Counted from the stretch's first letter, positions 30,138 through 41,086 are shown. The stretch: DNA of 64,000 nt from Bacteroidales bacterium (GCA_023229525.1 JALNZC010000019.1:4914-68913), one strand, 5' to 3'. The notes: generated by a model not told the origin, from the sequence alone. Translations and numbers: made by a program.

Positions 30138-31649
30138 TTAGTGCAACATGGGCGCTGCCGACAGCAGTTTCTGCATAATTGGACCAAGTCCCTGTGTGAT
30201 CATATCCGAAAGCCACAGTGGCGCAATGCCAATAACAGTTATCCCAAAGATCAGCGCCACTACGCTGATTTTATCATACCATTTGGCATCGGTGATCATT
30301 TCATACGCTTCATTCCGGATTTTACCCAACAATAAAATGCCCACCACGCGAAGGATATAAACTGCGGTCACAACGATGGAAGAGGCAACAATGATGGTGG
30401 CCACGCGATGGAACACATCGGCATTCTGAAAGGCGCCGACAAAGATGGTCATCTCTGCGACAAAACCGCTGAACCCGGGAAGCCCGAGTGAGGCCAACCC
30501 TGCAATTACATAAGCAACTGCGAGAAACGGCATCACTTTCATTAATCCTCCCATTTCATTGATATAACGGGTGTGTGTCCTTCCGTAGATCATGCCAATA
30601 AGAGCAAAGAAAAGGGCCGTCATGATACCGTGAGAGATCATCTGCATGATGGCGCCGTTCATCGCGGTTTGATTGAACATCAGGATGGCAAAGAGGACCA
30701 GGGCACAGTGACTGACCGAAGAATAGGCATTGATGTATTTGAGGTCTTTCTGCCAGACGGCGCCAAGAGCGCCGTATATAACGCCAATGGTAGCCAGGAT
30801 CAGGAAAATCCACCCCAATTGATGAGCAGCCTCCGGAAGCAGAAATACGGCAACACGATAACAACCATATCCGCCTAATTTCATCAGTACCCCGGCATGA
30901 AGCATAGATACGGCAGTAGGTGCCGAAGCATGACCGTCGGGCGACCATGTGTGGAAAGGAAAAAGCGCTCCCAATACGCCGAAACCAACAAAGAGGAAGG
31001 GAAATAGGAATCGCTGTGTCTCAACAGGTATATGTACTTTGGATATCTGGATCAGGTCAAAGGTCAGCGGGCCGCCACCCGGTGCAGAGTTGAAATACAA
31101 TCCAAGTATGCCCAGGAGGATCAATGCCGAACCGCCCATGAGCATAAGGGTCAGCTTCATGGCTGAATAATGACGGGGTCCGCTTCCCCAAATCCCGATT
31201 AACAGGTACATCGGGATCACGGCCAGTTCATAAAAGAGGAACATCGTGAACAGATCCAGGGAAATGAAAAAGCCGAATACTCCGGAAGCCAGCAGAATCA
31301 ATGAAGTGAAAAATTCACGGGGCAGATCTACGATATCCCAACTGGCAAAAATTCCGGCAAAAACCACGAGTGAGGTAAGCCCGATCATAGCAACCGATAC
31401 GCCATCCACACCGACAAAAAAATGAATGTTCAGGGTTTGATACCATAAATTATCCTGGATGAAAAGAATTTCGGCCATATTTCCGGCACGGCGTTCGGCC
31501 AGGAAAAGAAAGATCAGGACAATGGCAGTGATCAACTGAAGGCTCATCCCGACTACGGCAGTCCATTTAACCTGCATGTGGTTTTTGCACAGTAGAATAC
31601 CAATTACAGTGAGAACCGGTATGATGATAAACAGTGTCAGAAAACTCAT
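30138..31649 (-). CDS. nuoM: NADH-quinone oxidoreductase subunit M
   Basis: GVDGVS, FYELAVIPMYLLIGIWG, PFHTWSPDGHASAPT, SLGLPGFSGFVAE. Confidence 0.96.
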   Translation of the reverse strand: MSFLTLFIIIPVLTVIGILLCKNHMQVKWTAVVGMSLQLITAIVLIFLFLAERRAGNMAEILFIQDNLWYQTLNIHFFVGVDGVSVAMIGLTSLVVFAGIFASWDIVDLPREFFTSLILLASGVFGFFISLDLFTMFLFYELAVIPMYLLIGIWGSGPRHYSAMKLTLMLMGGSALILLGILGLYFNSAPGGGPLTFDLIQISKVHIPVETQRFLFPFLFVGFGVLGALFPFHTWSPDGHASAPTAVSMLHAGVLMKLGGYGCYRVAVFLLPEAAHQLGWIFLILATIGVIYGALGAVWQKDLKYINAYSSVSHCALVLFAILMFNQTAMNGAIMQMISHGIMTALFFALIGMIYGRTHTRYINEMGGLMKVMPFLAVAYVIAGLASLGLPGFSGFVAEMTIFVGAFQNADVFHRVATIIVASSIVVTAVYILRVVGILLLGKIRNEAYEMITDAKWYDKISVVALIFGITVIGIAPLWLSDMITQGLGPIMQKLLSAAPMLH

Positions 31650-31661
31650 TCTTCTATTGTT

Positions 31662-33584
31662 TTAGTTGGTCCATAAATAGATAAATAACAAAGCAAGGAA
31701 AATGGTTCCCGAAACAAACACAATGGCATATTGCTGAAGTTGACCCGATTGAAACTTTCGTATCCGGAAAGAAGCTTCATTGGTAACGTATGATACCCCA
31801 TTCATGGTCCCATCCACGATGTGCCGGTCAAACCAAGCGATCGGCCGTGATATATAATTGAATATGATCCTTTTGGTAATGAAAAGATAAACCTCGTCGA
31901 TGTAAAATTTATGGTACGCCGCGGTATAAAATCCCCCCATTGATCTGGCAAGACGGGTTGCAATATTATTTTCTTTCCTGTAAAAAACGGTGGCAACGGC
32001 AATACCCACAACTGCGATCAGTATCGAAGGGATCGCAATGCCCCATTCAGTATGGATTTCGAAAGGCAAACCGTCTGAAGTAACAAGTTTCGTAAAAGGA
32101 ATAAAACCTGTAAAAGTAGAGCCGAGAGCCAGGAAAATCAATGGAATGGTCATCGTGGCCGGGGCTTCATGAGGTGTATGGTGATAATGTACCTCTTTTC
32201 TCCAGAAAACAGAATAATACAAACGGAACATATAAAACGCAGTCAGCCCGGCAACAGCGTATTCCATTGCGAATAAAACTTTGTTATGGTGGAATGCTGC
32301 GACCAGGATTTCATCCTTGCTGAAGAAACCCGCAAACGGAGGTATACCGGCAATGGCAAGACAAGCGATCAGGAAAGTAATATGGGTGATGGGCAGATAT
32401 TTCCGCAATCCACCCATTTCATTCATATAATTGCTGTGTACGGCATGGATGATCGCCCCGGCCCCAAGGAATAACAACGCTTTAAAAAATGCATGGGTGA
32501 AAAGATGGAACATGGAGGCCATGTACCCTAAGCCTTCATGACCGCCGTAACCTGAAACTCCCAGCGCCAGCATCATGTAACCGATCTGCGACATGGTGGA
32601 ATAGGCCAATACCCGCTTTATATCAAATTGTGTACAGGCAATAACGGCCGCGAAAAGAGAGGTAAAAGCGCCAACCCAGGCCACAATATCAAGTGCGGCA
32701 GTTTCGTGAATATATATTGGGAACATCCGCGCAACCAGGTATACACCGGCCACTACCATGGTGGCTGCATGGATCAGCGCAGAAACAGGTGTTGGCCCTT
32801 CCATGGCATCGGGTAACCAGATGTGTAACGGAAACATGGCCGATTTGCCGGCACCACCCATGAATATAAAAATCATCGACCAGGTCATGGTTGATAAACC
32901 CAGAAACCAGACCCCCTGACCGGAAGAAAAAGCCGGGCTAGAAGAACCGGTCAAGGTGATAAAATCAAAAGTTCCGGTGGTATATGAAAGGATCAGGATG
33001 CCGATCAGGAATCCGAGATCAGCAAAACGGGTAACTATAAATGCTTTTTTGGAAGCTGCAACCGCTGTGTCTCTCGTATAATAGAAACCGATCAACAGAT
33101 ACGAAGAAACCCCTACAAGTTCCCAGAAAATATACATCTGAAAAATATTGGTCGCTACAACCAACCCCAGCATTGAGAAGCTGAAAAGCGAAAGCATGGC
33201 AAAAAACCGTTGAAAGCCTTTCTCACCGTGCATGTAACCGATCGAATAAAGATGGACCATGAGCGAAACGGTGGTGATCACAATCAACATCATTACCGAG
33301 ATGGGGTCAAGAAGAACCCCCATATCAATATGCAGTTTGTCGGTTAAGTGGAGCCATACGGTGTTCACCGCCAATAATTTCTGGAATGAACCATCAGTGG
33401 CTTTTTCGAGCACAAAGAAATATTTGTACGCGGTGAAAAGAGAAAGTACCCAGATGACAAAAAGTCCCGAAGTGCCTATTACCCCTGAAACCAGTGGTTT
33501 GAATCGGTTCCCGAAAAGGCCGACCAGTACAAATAGAAACAGCGGAATCAGCAGGATCAGCGCGGTATAAGAAAAATCGATCAT
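31662..33584 (-). CDS. nuoL: NADH-quinone oxidoreductase subunit L
   Basis: FWELVGVSSYLLIGF, GKSAMFPLHIWLPDAMEGPTPVSALIHAATMV, HAFFKALLFL. Confidence 0.97.
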   Translation of the reverse strand: MIDFSYTALILLIPLFLFVLVGLFGNRFKPLVSGVIGTSGLFVIWVLSLFTAYKYFFVLEKATDGSFQKLLAVNTVWLHLTDKLHIDMGVLLDPISVMMLIVITTVSLMVHLYSIGYMHGEKGFQRFFAMLSLFSFSMLGLVVATNIFQMYIFWELVGVSSYLLIGFYYTRDTAVAASKKAFIVTRFADLGFLIGILILSYTTGTFDFITLTGSSSPAFSSGQGVWFLGLSTMTWSMIFIFMGGAGKSAMFPLHIWLPDAMEGPTPVSALIHAATMVVAGVYLVARMFPIYIHETAALDIVAWVGAFTSLFAAVIACTQFDIKRVLAYSTMSQIGYMMLALGVSGYGGHEGLGYMASMFHLFTHAFFKALLFLGAGAIIHAVHSNYMNEMGGLRKYLPITHITFLIACLAIAGIPPFAGFFSKDEILVAAFHHNKVLFAMEYAVAGLTAFYMFRLYYSVFWRKEVHYHHTPHEAPATMTIPLIFLALGSTFTGFIPFTKLVTSDGLPFEIHTEWGIAIPSILIAVVGIAVATVFYRKENNIATRLARSMGGFYTAAYHKFYIDEVYLFITKRIIFNYISRPIAWFDRHIVDGTMNGVSYVTNEASFRIRKFQSGQLQQYAIVFVSGTIFLALLFIYLWTN

Positions 33585-33586
33585 AT

Positions 33587-33616
33587 ATTTTGATTTACGA
33601 TTTTAGATTTTAGATT
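33587..33616 (-). repeat. Four tandem heptamers, reverse complement of the 30099 array
   Basis: attttga tttacga ttttaga ttttaga in the nuoK-nuoL spacer. Confidence 0.75.
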
Positions 33617-33932
33617 AATATTTCATTTCATCCATCTTTTCAACATTAATGCTGACAAGCCGGCGGTAAATATTAATGATGATGGCAATGGCTACAGAAG
33701 CCTCGGCTGCAGCAACCGCAATGATGAAAATGGTGAAGAACATCCCTTCCAGGTGGCCCGGATAAAGGATCTTGTTAAACGCCACAAAATTGATGTTGAC
33801 CGAATTTAAAATCAATTCGGTCGACATGAGAATGGTGATCAGGTTCTTCCGGACCAGAAATCCATAAATACCGACAAAGAACATGATGGTGCCGGTGATG
33901 AGAAACCAGGTTAATGGAACGCCTTCAAACAT
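33615..33932 (-). CDS. nuoK: NADH-quinone oxidoreductase subunit K
   Basis: LMSTELILNSVNINFV; AVAAAEASVAIAI. Confidence 0.96.
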   Translation of the reverse strand: MFEGVPLTWFLITGTIMFFVGIYGFLVRKNLITILMSTELILNSVNINFVAFNKILYPGHLEGMFFTIFIIAVAAAEASVAIAIIINIYRRLVSINVEKMDEMKY

Positions 33933-33963
33933 ATAGTCGGAGTATTAAATCATTAATCTTTTG

Positions 33964-34476
33964 TTAATCTTTACGTTTTTTTGCCAGAATGATGGCGCCC
34001 ACCATGGCAGCCAACAACAAGATGCTGATCACCTCAAACGGAAGAGCATATCCGAATTTTTCGGTACTGATCAAACTTTTGGCGATCACATGAATATCGG
34101 TCCGCTCACTCCCGGACATTACCTCTTGCGGAAACTGGTATTGCAGTATCGTGGCAATGGTAATAACCGCTCCGAATGCAACTGCCACCAGCGCCGGTAC
34201 AACTTTTTTCCATCCCGGGGCTTCCAGTTTATCTGCAATATGACTGGTGAGCAGAATGGAGAAAATGATCAGCACTACGATACCTCCGGCATAAAGGGCC
34301 AACTGTATGGCTGCCAGGAAATTAAACCGCAGTAAAAAATACATACCCCCGGTAGCTACCAGCACGAAAAGCAGGAAGGTGGCCGCCCGCAGGATACGCC
34401 GGCTGGTCACAGTCAAAATGGAAAAAATAATAATGACTGCCGAAAAGATCGCAAACATCAATTGATTGGTCGTCAT
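33964..34476 (-). CDS. nuoJ: NADH-quinone oxidoreductase subunit J
   Basis: QLALYAGGIVVL; LPFEVISILLLAAMVGAI. Confidence 0.95.
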   Translation of the reverse strand: MTTNQLMFAIFSAVIIIFSILTVTSRRILRAATFLLFVLVATGGMYFLLRFNFLAAIQLALYAGGIVVLIIFSILLTSHIADKLEAPGWKKVVPALVAVAFGAVITIATILQYQFPQEVMSGSERTDIHVIAKSLISTEKFGYALPFEVISILLLAAMVGAIILAKKRKD

Positions 34477-34955
34477 TCTACAATATCTTTTATGATGGAT
34501 GATCCGGGTTGATTTAAAATCTTGGACAGCTTTGACCGGTCGTAAACAGCATGTTCAAATTTCTGTCCCCAGGCCAGGGCATTGGATGGGCACGATTTGA
34601 TACATAACCCGCAAAACGTACACATGCTCAGGTGGTATATATGTTTGCTGATGATGCGCTTCTTTTTTCCATCGGGCATATCAATTCTATCCTGAATGAT
34701 CTCGATAGAACCATTAGGGCAATTTGTTTCGCAGATACCGCAACCGGTACAACGATGGAAGTTTTGCTCATTATGCGGCATGATGACTTCGCCCTTGAAC
34801 CGGTCGTACATTTTTAATTTATTCCGGTTCTCCGGATATTGCTGGGTCACGATTTCCCAGGGGCTGAAAAAATATCTCCCGGTCACCTTCATTCCTGTAA
34901 GGAGTGATTTGACTGCACGGAAGATATCTGTAAAGTACTTGAAGAAACTGTTCAT
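34473..34955 (-). CDS. nuoI: NADH-quinone oxidoreductase subunit I
   Basis: TQQYPE, CTGCGICETNCP, CTFCGLCIKSCP. Confidence 0.94.
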   Translation of the reverse strand: MNSFFKYFTDIFRAVKSLLTGMKVTGRYFFSPWEIVTQQYPENRNKLKMYDRFKGEVIMPHNEQNFHRCTGCGICETNCPNGSIEIIQDRIDMPDGKKKRIISKHIYHLSMCTFCGLCIKSCPSNALAWGQKFEHAVYDRSKLSKILNQPGSSIIKDIVE

Positions 34956-34959
34956 AGTT

Positions 34960-36048
34960 TTAAAAATGCCAACCCATTAATACAAGAAATGCCATTACCA
35001 GAATATTGACCAGGTTGATGGGTAGTAGATATTTCCACTCAAGGGTCAACAACTGATCGATACGCAACCGGGGAAAGGTCCATTTAAACCACATCATCAT
35101 CCAGATGACAAAAAATGTTTTCCCTATGTACCATACAAACGGCGGGATGAAATCCATGATGTGATTAAACCCTTCCCAGGCGCCAACATGGAACGGCATC
35201 CACCCGCCAAGGAATACGGTAGCGGCGATTGACGCTACGATAAACATATTCATATATTCTGCGAGGAAGAAAAAAGCAAACTTGATCCCGGAATATTCGG
35301 TATGGAAACCGGCGGTAAGTTCCGATTCGGCTTCGGCCAGGTCAAACGGACCCCGGTTTGTTTCGGCAGTACTGGCAATGAGAAATATCACAAAGGCAAT
35401 AAAGGCAGGGATATGACCCTTGAAGATGAACCAGCCGTTGGCCTGGCCCTCAACAATCTGCGAAAATTGCATGGTGCCTGCCAGAATAATTATCGTAAGC
35501 AACGATAATCCAACCGACAGTTCATAACTCACAATCTGGGCCCCACTCCGCATGGCCCCGATAAGGGAGTATTTGTTGTTCGATGACCAGCCTGCCAGCA
35601 GGATCCCAACAACACCGAGTGAGGATACTGCAATCACATACAATATACCGATATCAAAATCAATGGCATGCAAACCTTTGGCAAAAGGAATGGCAGCTAT
35701 GGCCATGAAAGAAGCTATGATAATGATAAAAGGAGCAATGTTGAACAGCAATTTGTCGGCATTTTTAATGGTTATCAGTTCTTTGAGCATTAACTTGATA
35801 AAGTCGGCAATGGTCTGGAAAAATCCGTAGGGGCCAACCCGGTTGGGGCCTACACGGTTCTGCATGAAGGCACATACTTTCCGTTCCGCATAAACGAGGA
35901 AGAGGCCGACCAACGCATAAAAAAGCAGAAATACCAGGCCGATAATGGTCATTTCGACAACAACGGCCCAAAAGGGCGGCAGGTTATCGTACAGGAACTT
36001 ATCGATCCATTGGTTGAATGACGTGAAGTCATAAATACTAAAGTTCAT
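34960..36048 (-). CDS. nuoH: NADH-quinone oxidoreductase subunit H
   Basis: [42 protein letters not shown]. Confidence 0.97.
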   Translation of the reverse strand: MNFSIYDFTSFNQWIDKFLYDNLPPFWAVVVEMTIIGLVFLLFYALVGLFLVYAERKVCAFMQNRVGPNRVGPYGFFQTIADFIKLMLKELITIKNADKLLFNIAPFIIIIASFMAIAAIPFAKGLHAIDFDIGILYVIAVSSLGVVGILLAGWSSNNKYSLIGAMRSGAQIVSYELSVGLSLLTIIILAGTMQFSQIVEGQANGWFIFKGHIPAFIAFVIFLIASTAETNRGPFDLAEAESELTAGFHTEYSGIKFAFFFLAEYMNMFIVASIAATVFLGGWMPFHVGAWEGFNHIMDFIPPFVWYIGKTFFVIWMMMWFKWTFPRLRIDQLLTLEWKYLLPINLVNILVMAFLVLMGWHF

Positions 36049-36060
36049 AGATAAAGTTTA

Positions 36061-37188
36061 TTATCTGTCAATATCCGGAATAACATAGTCCAAAGATCCA
36101 CCGATGGCAACCAGGTCGGCGATCTTTACCCCCCGGCTGATATGGTCAAGGGCGCTGAGGTTGGAGAAATTCGGAGAACGGAATTTCATCCGGTAAGGGG
36201 TTTTATTGCCATCGCTCACTACATATACACCAAGTTCCCCCCGGGCTGCTTCTACCCGCTGATAATACTCCCCTGCTGGCAGTTTGATCACCGCCTTCAT
36301 CTTTGCAGTGTAATCGCCTGCCGGAATATTGTCGATAAGCTGCTCGATAATTTTCATCGACTCACGCATCTCATGCATTCTCATCAAATAACGGGTAAAT
36401 GTATCCCCATCGTTTCCGAGGATCTCCCTGAAATCAGCTTTATCATAAACGCCGTAAGGATGATGTTTCCGAACATCACAGGAAAAACCCGATGCACGGC
36501 CAGACGGGCCGATGACTCCATAACTGATGGCATCCTCTTTAGTAAGGACACCAATGCCCTTGGTTCGTTCCTGCATGATGATATTCCCGGTAAGAATATC
36601 GTCATAATCCTTGATTTTCTTCCTGAAATATTTAATAAAATCTTTAACCCCTTTTTGGAAATTGGGATGAATATCCATCATCAGACCGCCCGGGGTATAA
36701 TAACTATGAAGTAAACGGGAGCCGAACGACTCCTCAAAAATATCAAGGATCTTTTCCCGGTCGCGCAAACCATAGAAGAAACAGGTGAGACCTCCCATGT
36801 CCATACCGAAGCTGCACCACCATAACTGGTGAGAAGCAATGCGGTTTAATTCATCAATAATGGTCCGGATGTATTTGACTCTTTCAGGAACTTCTACCTC
36901 CAGGGCTTTTTCAACCAAAAGGCACACCGCATGATTGTTGATATGGGCCGACAGGTAATCCATCCGGTCGGTGAGATGGATGATCTGGGGATAGGTGTCT
37001 TTTTCACACATTTTTTCAATGCCACGATGGATATACCCGCAATGTGGTTTTAGACTTTTTACGATTTCTCCCTGAAGTGAAACGACCAGCCTTAGAACAC
37101 CATGTGTGGAAGGATGCTGAGGTCCCATATTAATATGGTATTCCTCCTCCTCTATGTTTTTTACAGGTAGGTTTATGACTTCTTTCAT
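36061..37188 (-). CDS. nuoD: NADH-quinone oxidoreductase subunit D
   Basis: NMGPQHPSTHGVLRL, GYIHRGIEK, DRMDY, DYVIPDIDR; no NiFe CxxC motifs. Confidence 0.96.
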   Translation of the reverse strand: MKEVINLPVKNIEEEEYHINMGPQHPSTHGVLRLVVSLQGEIVKSLKPHCGYIHRGIEKMCEKDTYPQIIHLTDRMDYLSAHINNHAVCLLVEKALEVEVPERVKYIRTIIDELNRIASHQLWWCSFGMDMGGLTCFFYGLRDREKILDIFEESFGSRLLHSYYTPGGLMMDIHPNFQKGVKDFIKYFRKKIKDYDDILTGNIIMQERTKGIGVLTKEDAISYGVIGPSGRASGFSCDVRKHHPYGVYDKADFREILGNDGDTFTRYLMRMHEMRESMKIIEQLIDNIPAGDYTAKMKAVIKLPAGEYYQRVEAARGELGVYVVSDGNKTPYRMKFRSPNFSNLSALDHISRGVKIADLVAIGGSLDYVIPDIDR

Positions 37189-37190
37189 AC

Positions 37191-37649
37191 CTAAAGTTCT
37201 ACGATATTAACTTCATCAACATAATCCTTGCGGAGTGGGTGGCCTTTCCAATCTTCTTCGAGGAAAATTCTGCGCAGGTCGGGATGGTTGTTGAACCGTA
37301 TCCCGAGAAGATCATATATTTCACGTTCATGAAATTCGGCGGTCCGCCAGATATTGCTCACGGTTTCCACGGATCCGTTTTCGCGGTCTGCAACGCGTAC
37401 TTTAAGCGCCAATTGATGTTTATGAATGGTTGATTCGAAGTGATAAACCACTTCCAGAAATTTGATCATGTCAACCCCGGAAAGGCAAAACAGGAAGTCG
37501 AATGCCAGATCAGTTTCCGTTTTCAACGCGACTGCCAGGTCAAGCATCCTGGCCGGAGGGATGATGAAGGTGAGGAACTGTTTATTTTCCTGGAATTCTG
37601 CGTCGGGAACAAGGCCCAGAATACGTTCCTTCAATGTTGCGTTATCCAT
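37191..37649 (-). CDS. nuoC: NADH-quinone oxidoreductase subunit C
   Basis: HEREIYDLLGIRFNNHPDLRRI...GHPLRKDY. Confidence 0.95.
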   Translation of the reverse strand: MDNATLKERILGLVPDAEFQENKQFLTFIIPPARMLDLAVALKTETDLAFDFLFCLSGVDMIKFLEVVYHFESTIHKHQLALKVRVADRENGSVETVSNIWRTAEFHEREIYDLLGIRFNNHPDLRRIFLEEDWKGHPLRKDYVDEVNIVEL

Positions 37650-37665
37650 CTTGGGGAAATATCTA

Positions 37666-38214
37666 TTATAAATTTTCTGTTTTTCTCGGGTTGGTCAGGG
37701 TTTCCAGCTTGATTTTTCGCTGAAGCTGCATTACACCGTAAAGCAGCGCTTCAGGACGGGGAGGACAGCCTGGCACATATACATCAACAGGAATTACGTG
37801 GTCGACACCCCTGACGACGTGATAGGAATTATAAAAAAAAGGGCCGCCCGATACAGCGCAAGCCCCCATGGCAATGACATATTTGGGATCCGACATCTGG
37901 TCGTATAGACGTTTGAGCACAGGCGCCATTTTATTGACGATGGTACCAGCAACTACAATCATATCTGATTGACGGGGACTGGCGCGATAAACTTCAATAC
38001 CGAACCGTGAGAAATCGTGACGGGAAGCTCCGGTCGCCATCATTTCGATCCCACAACAACTTGTGGCAAAAGTCAACGGCCAGATAGAATTTGAACGCCC
38101 CCAGTCCATCACTGCATCCAGCGTGGTGAGTAAAATATTCCCACCGGATTTCCTGAACAGATCAAGGGTTTCATTGTCTTGGAAATCCGCTTCTTTCATG
38201 TTTTTTATTCCCAT
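37666..38214 (-). CDS. nuoB: NADH-quinone oxidoreductase subunit B
   Basis: [35 protein letters not shown]. Confidence 0.97.
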   Translation of the reverse strand: MGIKNMKEADFQDNETLDLFRKSGGNILLTTLDAVMDWGRSNSIWPLTFATSCCGIEMMATGASRHDFSRFGIEVYRASPRQSDMIVVAGTIVNKMAPVLKRLYDQMSDPKYVIAMGACAVSGGPFFYNSYHVVRGVDHVIPVDVYVPGCPPRPEALLYGVMQLQRKIKLETLTNPRKTENL

Positions 38215-38555
38215 TTCAAGGCTCCTTTCTTCCAGGCATATAAAAGGCCCAAACCCAGTACGAAAAAGAATATAACAATTTCGACAAAAGCAACCATACC
38301 GAGCTCTTTCATCACAACAGCCCAGGGAAATATAAAAACACTTTCGACATCAAAAATCAGAAAAATGATGGCAAAAAGATAATACCCCACGTTAAACTGG
38401 AGCCAGGTAAGCCCTTCTGTGGGAATCCCGCATTCGTAAGCTTCAGCTTTTTGGGGATTGGCGGAATTGGGAGCCACATAGTGGGCAAAAACGAGGGCGA
38501 ACCCCACCAGGAATGCCCCTACTATAAAAAAGAGAATCAGGCTTTCAGCGCTCAT
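38205..38555 (-). CDS. nuoA: NADH-quinone oxidoreductase subunit A
   Basis: [32 protein letters not shown]. Confidence 0.96.
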   Translation of the reverse strand: MSAESLILFFIVGAFLVGFALVFAHYVAPNSANPQKAEAYECGIPTEGLTWLQFNVGYYLFAIIFLIFDVESVFIFPWAVVMKELGMVAFVEIVIFFFVLGLGLLYAWKKGALKWE

Positions 38556-38583
38556 AATGTGAATCAGTTAACAATCGCGGCGG

Positions 38584-38591
38584 CAAAGATA
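38584..38591 (-). promoter_or_regulatory. -7 promoter box (TATCTTTG) for the nuo operon
   Basis: TAnnTTTG about 30 bp upstream of nuoA. Confidence 0.6.
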
Positions 38592-39136
38592 AAAATTAAT
38601 CTGAAACAACCCGACGGAAGATAACGACCCGATTAAACATCATATATGGATATACCTGATTATCTGATATGTAAAAAACTGAGTCTGAAAAATATCAAAG
38701 GGGGGATTGATATTTATCAATGAAACTGTCATTCGGCGATGCAACTGTTCCTGAGTGAGTCAAAGTACCGGTTATAAACAGACAGAAGAAACCGGTAGCT
38801 TACATAATAAGAAATCTGCAATGCAATTTAATCATTTCATCCCCCGGCCCCTTCTATTTGAGGTGAAGGGGTACCGCGGCTGAGGCTCTCATACTATATT
38901 CCCTGTCCCCTGGGTCGGAATTGGTATCCGGGGTTAGCCCTGTGGTTCATATCATAGATTTACCTGAAATATAATCTCTTCGAAATAAATTAATTGTGAC
39001 TTGTGTGAAATATTTTGTTTGAAAATGATGATAAATTTTGTAATATTAGGAGCCTTTAGAAAACCCGCTATACGCTATGAAAATTAGCGAAAATCAATAA
39101 TATAATCATCCAATCATTTTGATAAAAAACAAAAAA

Positions 39137-41086
39137 ATGAAACAAATTTCTTCTATTCTTACCTCTTTATTATTGACTGTAATGACCACCATTACAGCAC
39201 AACCCTGGGAACAAAATAATGCCATTTTCAATCCGAGCGGCATTCCCAGTCTGCCCTTTTCACAACCCCGGTTTGCCGATCTGGATGGCGACGGCGATCC
39301 GGATATGATCATCGGAAGCATTGATGATAGCCCATTTTATATGGTAAACACAGGAACCGTTACAAATCCGGCATTTACACCTGGTCCGGATTTTTTCTCA
39401 GGCGTCTCATCCCTTGATGCCGAAATGGGTATTTGTTATGACATAGATAATGACGGCGATCTGGATTTTATAAGTGGGGGGTTTACAGGCCTCAGCCTTT
39501 ATGAGAACATCGGAACAGTTAATGCTCCAATTTTTGAAAAAATCAATGGCTTTTTCGATGGATTGCAGGTAGGTATGAGCCCAGTTCCTGACCTGGCTGA
39601 TCTGGACAACGACAATGACCCCGACCTGATAGTGGGACTCAGTGAAAGCGGCCAATTGAAAATTTATACAAACACCGGATCGCCTTTGTCCGCTCAATTC
39701 TCTGAAAGCAATGTTGTAATCATTGGCGATGTAGGATTGTATGCATATCCCGTATTTTACGACCTGGATTCCGATGGTGATCAGGATATTTTAGCTGGCA
39801 GAGATGAACATGGATTTGTTTATTATCAAAATACAGGCGATCCCTTTAATGCCGTATGGGAAACCAATAACGATTTGTTTGAAGGGATAGGAAACCAGAC
39901 CTACTGGAACTCCCCCGATTTGGTCGACCTCAACGGCGATACAAAACCGGACCTGGTTTTCGGATCGGCAGCAGGACCACTTAATTATTATATTAATACG
40001 GGAAGCCCGTCAGCGCCGGTATGGCAACTGAACACAACATTATTTGGCGGAGTATTGGATGTAGGTGGTGCAAGCAATCCTTATTTTTTTGATTTCGATT
40101 ATGATGGCGACCTGGATCTTTTTAGCGGAAGCCAACTCGGCAACATTATATATTACGAAAATACGGGTACAGCATCTGGACCGGCATGGGAGGAAAATAG
40201 CGGTTACTTTACTACCCTCAAACATTCGATTTATAGCGCGGTTGCTATTGGCGACGTCAACAACGATAGCCTTCCCGATGCCATCGTAGGTGATCTTTCC
40301 GGAAAACTTTATTACCACCGGAATACCGGATTCGGATTCACGCTGGTAGCCCCTGCGCTGGGCAGTGTTGCACTGGGAGGCTGGTCATCTCCACGACTGG
40401 TTGATCTTGATCAGGATGGCGACCTGGATATTGTCGTTGGAAATGAAGCAGGAAAACTGAATTATCTCCAAAACCAGGGGACGGTAACCAATCCGGCGTG
40501 GACGCTGATCCCTAATTTTTTCGGTGCGATTGATGTGGGAAGCAATTGTGTGCCGGCCATCGCTGATCTCGATCTGGACGGCGACCTCGATATTTTAACC
40601 GGCAATTCGTTTGGTGATATTCAGTTTTTCGAAAATCAGGGCACGGGCTGGATCGAAAACCCGGTACCTGTTCAGGGGCTTTCCGGAGGTCAAAACACCT
40701 CGCCCGCATTGGCCGATCTCGACGCTGATGGCGATTACGACCTTACCTTAGGACAATATGGTGGTACTTTCGATTATTTTAAAAATAATGCTGTGGTTAT
40801 GAATTCCGGTGAAATAACCCAAAACCATTTCTCCATTGGCCTTTCTGCTTTTCCCAACCCGTTTTCAGAATCCCCGACACTTCAGTTTAAACTGGCCTCA
40901 TCTGCTGATGTTTCTATGCAAATTGTTGACGTATACGGTCAGGAAATTTATACGGAGAAATGTTCAAATATGGCGCCGGGTTATCACTCCCTGAAATGGA
41001 ATGTCGGGGCGTTTCCTCCAGGAGTTTATTTTATCCGGGTTATTTTGGGAGATAAAGCTGAAACAGTCAAGGTTATCAAACAGTAA
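39137..41086 (+). CDS. FG-GAP-like repeat beta-propeller protein with T9SS type A C-terminal domain
   Basis: Signal peptide MKQISS..., many DLDxDGDxD repeats, AFPNPF...GVYFIRV...KVIKQ. Confidence 0.9.
   Translation: MKQISSILTSLLLTVMTTITAQPWEQNNAIFNPSGIPSLPFSQPRFADLDGDGDPDMIIGSIDDSPFYMVNTGTVTNPAFTPGPDFFSGVSSLDAEMGICYDIDNDGDLDFISGGFTGLSLYENIGTVNAPIFEKINGFFDGLQVGMSPVPDLADLDNDNDPDLIVGLSESGQLKIYTNTGSPLSAQFSESNVVIIGDVGLYAYPVFYDLDSDGDQDILAGRDEHGFVYYQNTGDPFNAVWETNNDLFEGIGNQTYWNSPDLVDLNGDTKPDLVFGSAAGPLNYYINTGSPSAPVWQLNTTLFGGVLDVGGASNPYFFDFDYDGDLDLFSGSQLGNIIYYENTGTASGPAWEENSGYFTTLKHSIYSAVAIGDVNNDSLPDAIVGDLSGKLYYHRNTGFGFTLVAPALGSVALGGWSSPRLVDLDQDGDLDIVVGNEAGKLNYLQNQGTVTNPAWTLIPNFFGAIDVGSNCVPAIADLDLDGDLDILTGNSFGDIQFFENQGTGWIENPVPVQGLSGGQNTSPALADLDADGDYDLTLGQYGGTFDYFKNNAVVMNSGEITQNHFSIGLSAFPNPFSESPTLQFKLASSADVSMQIVDVYGQEIYTEKCSNMAPGYHSLKWNVGAFPPGVYFIRVILGDKAETVKVIKQ

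Noticed and set aside
36061-38214. Group 4 [NiFe]-hydrogenase reading of the nuoB/C/D genes
   Set aside because: The large subunit lacks both CxxC nickel-binding motifs and carries the NuoD quinone-site motifs.
38600-39100. Riboswitch or ncRNA in the nuoA upstream region
   Set aside because: Only weak hairpins; no family consensus recognised.
39280-40745. Recurring gatctggatggcgac-like repeats as a possible CRISPR array
   Set aside because: They are degenerate coding FG-GAP repeats within one ORF; no cas genes.
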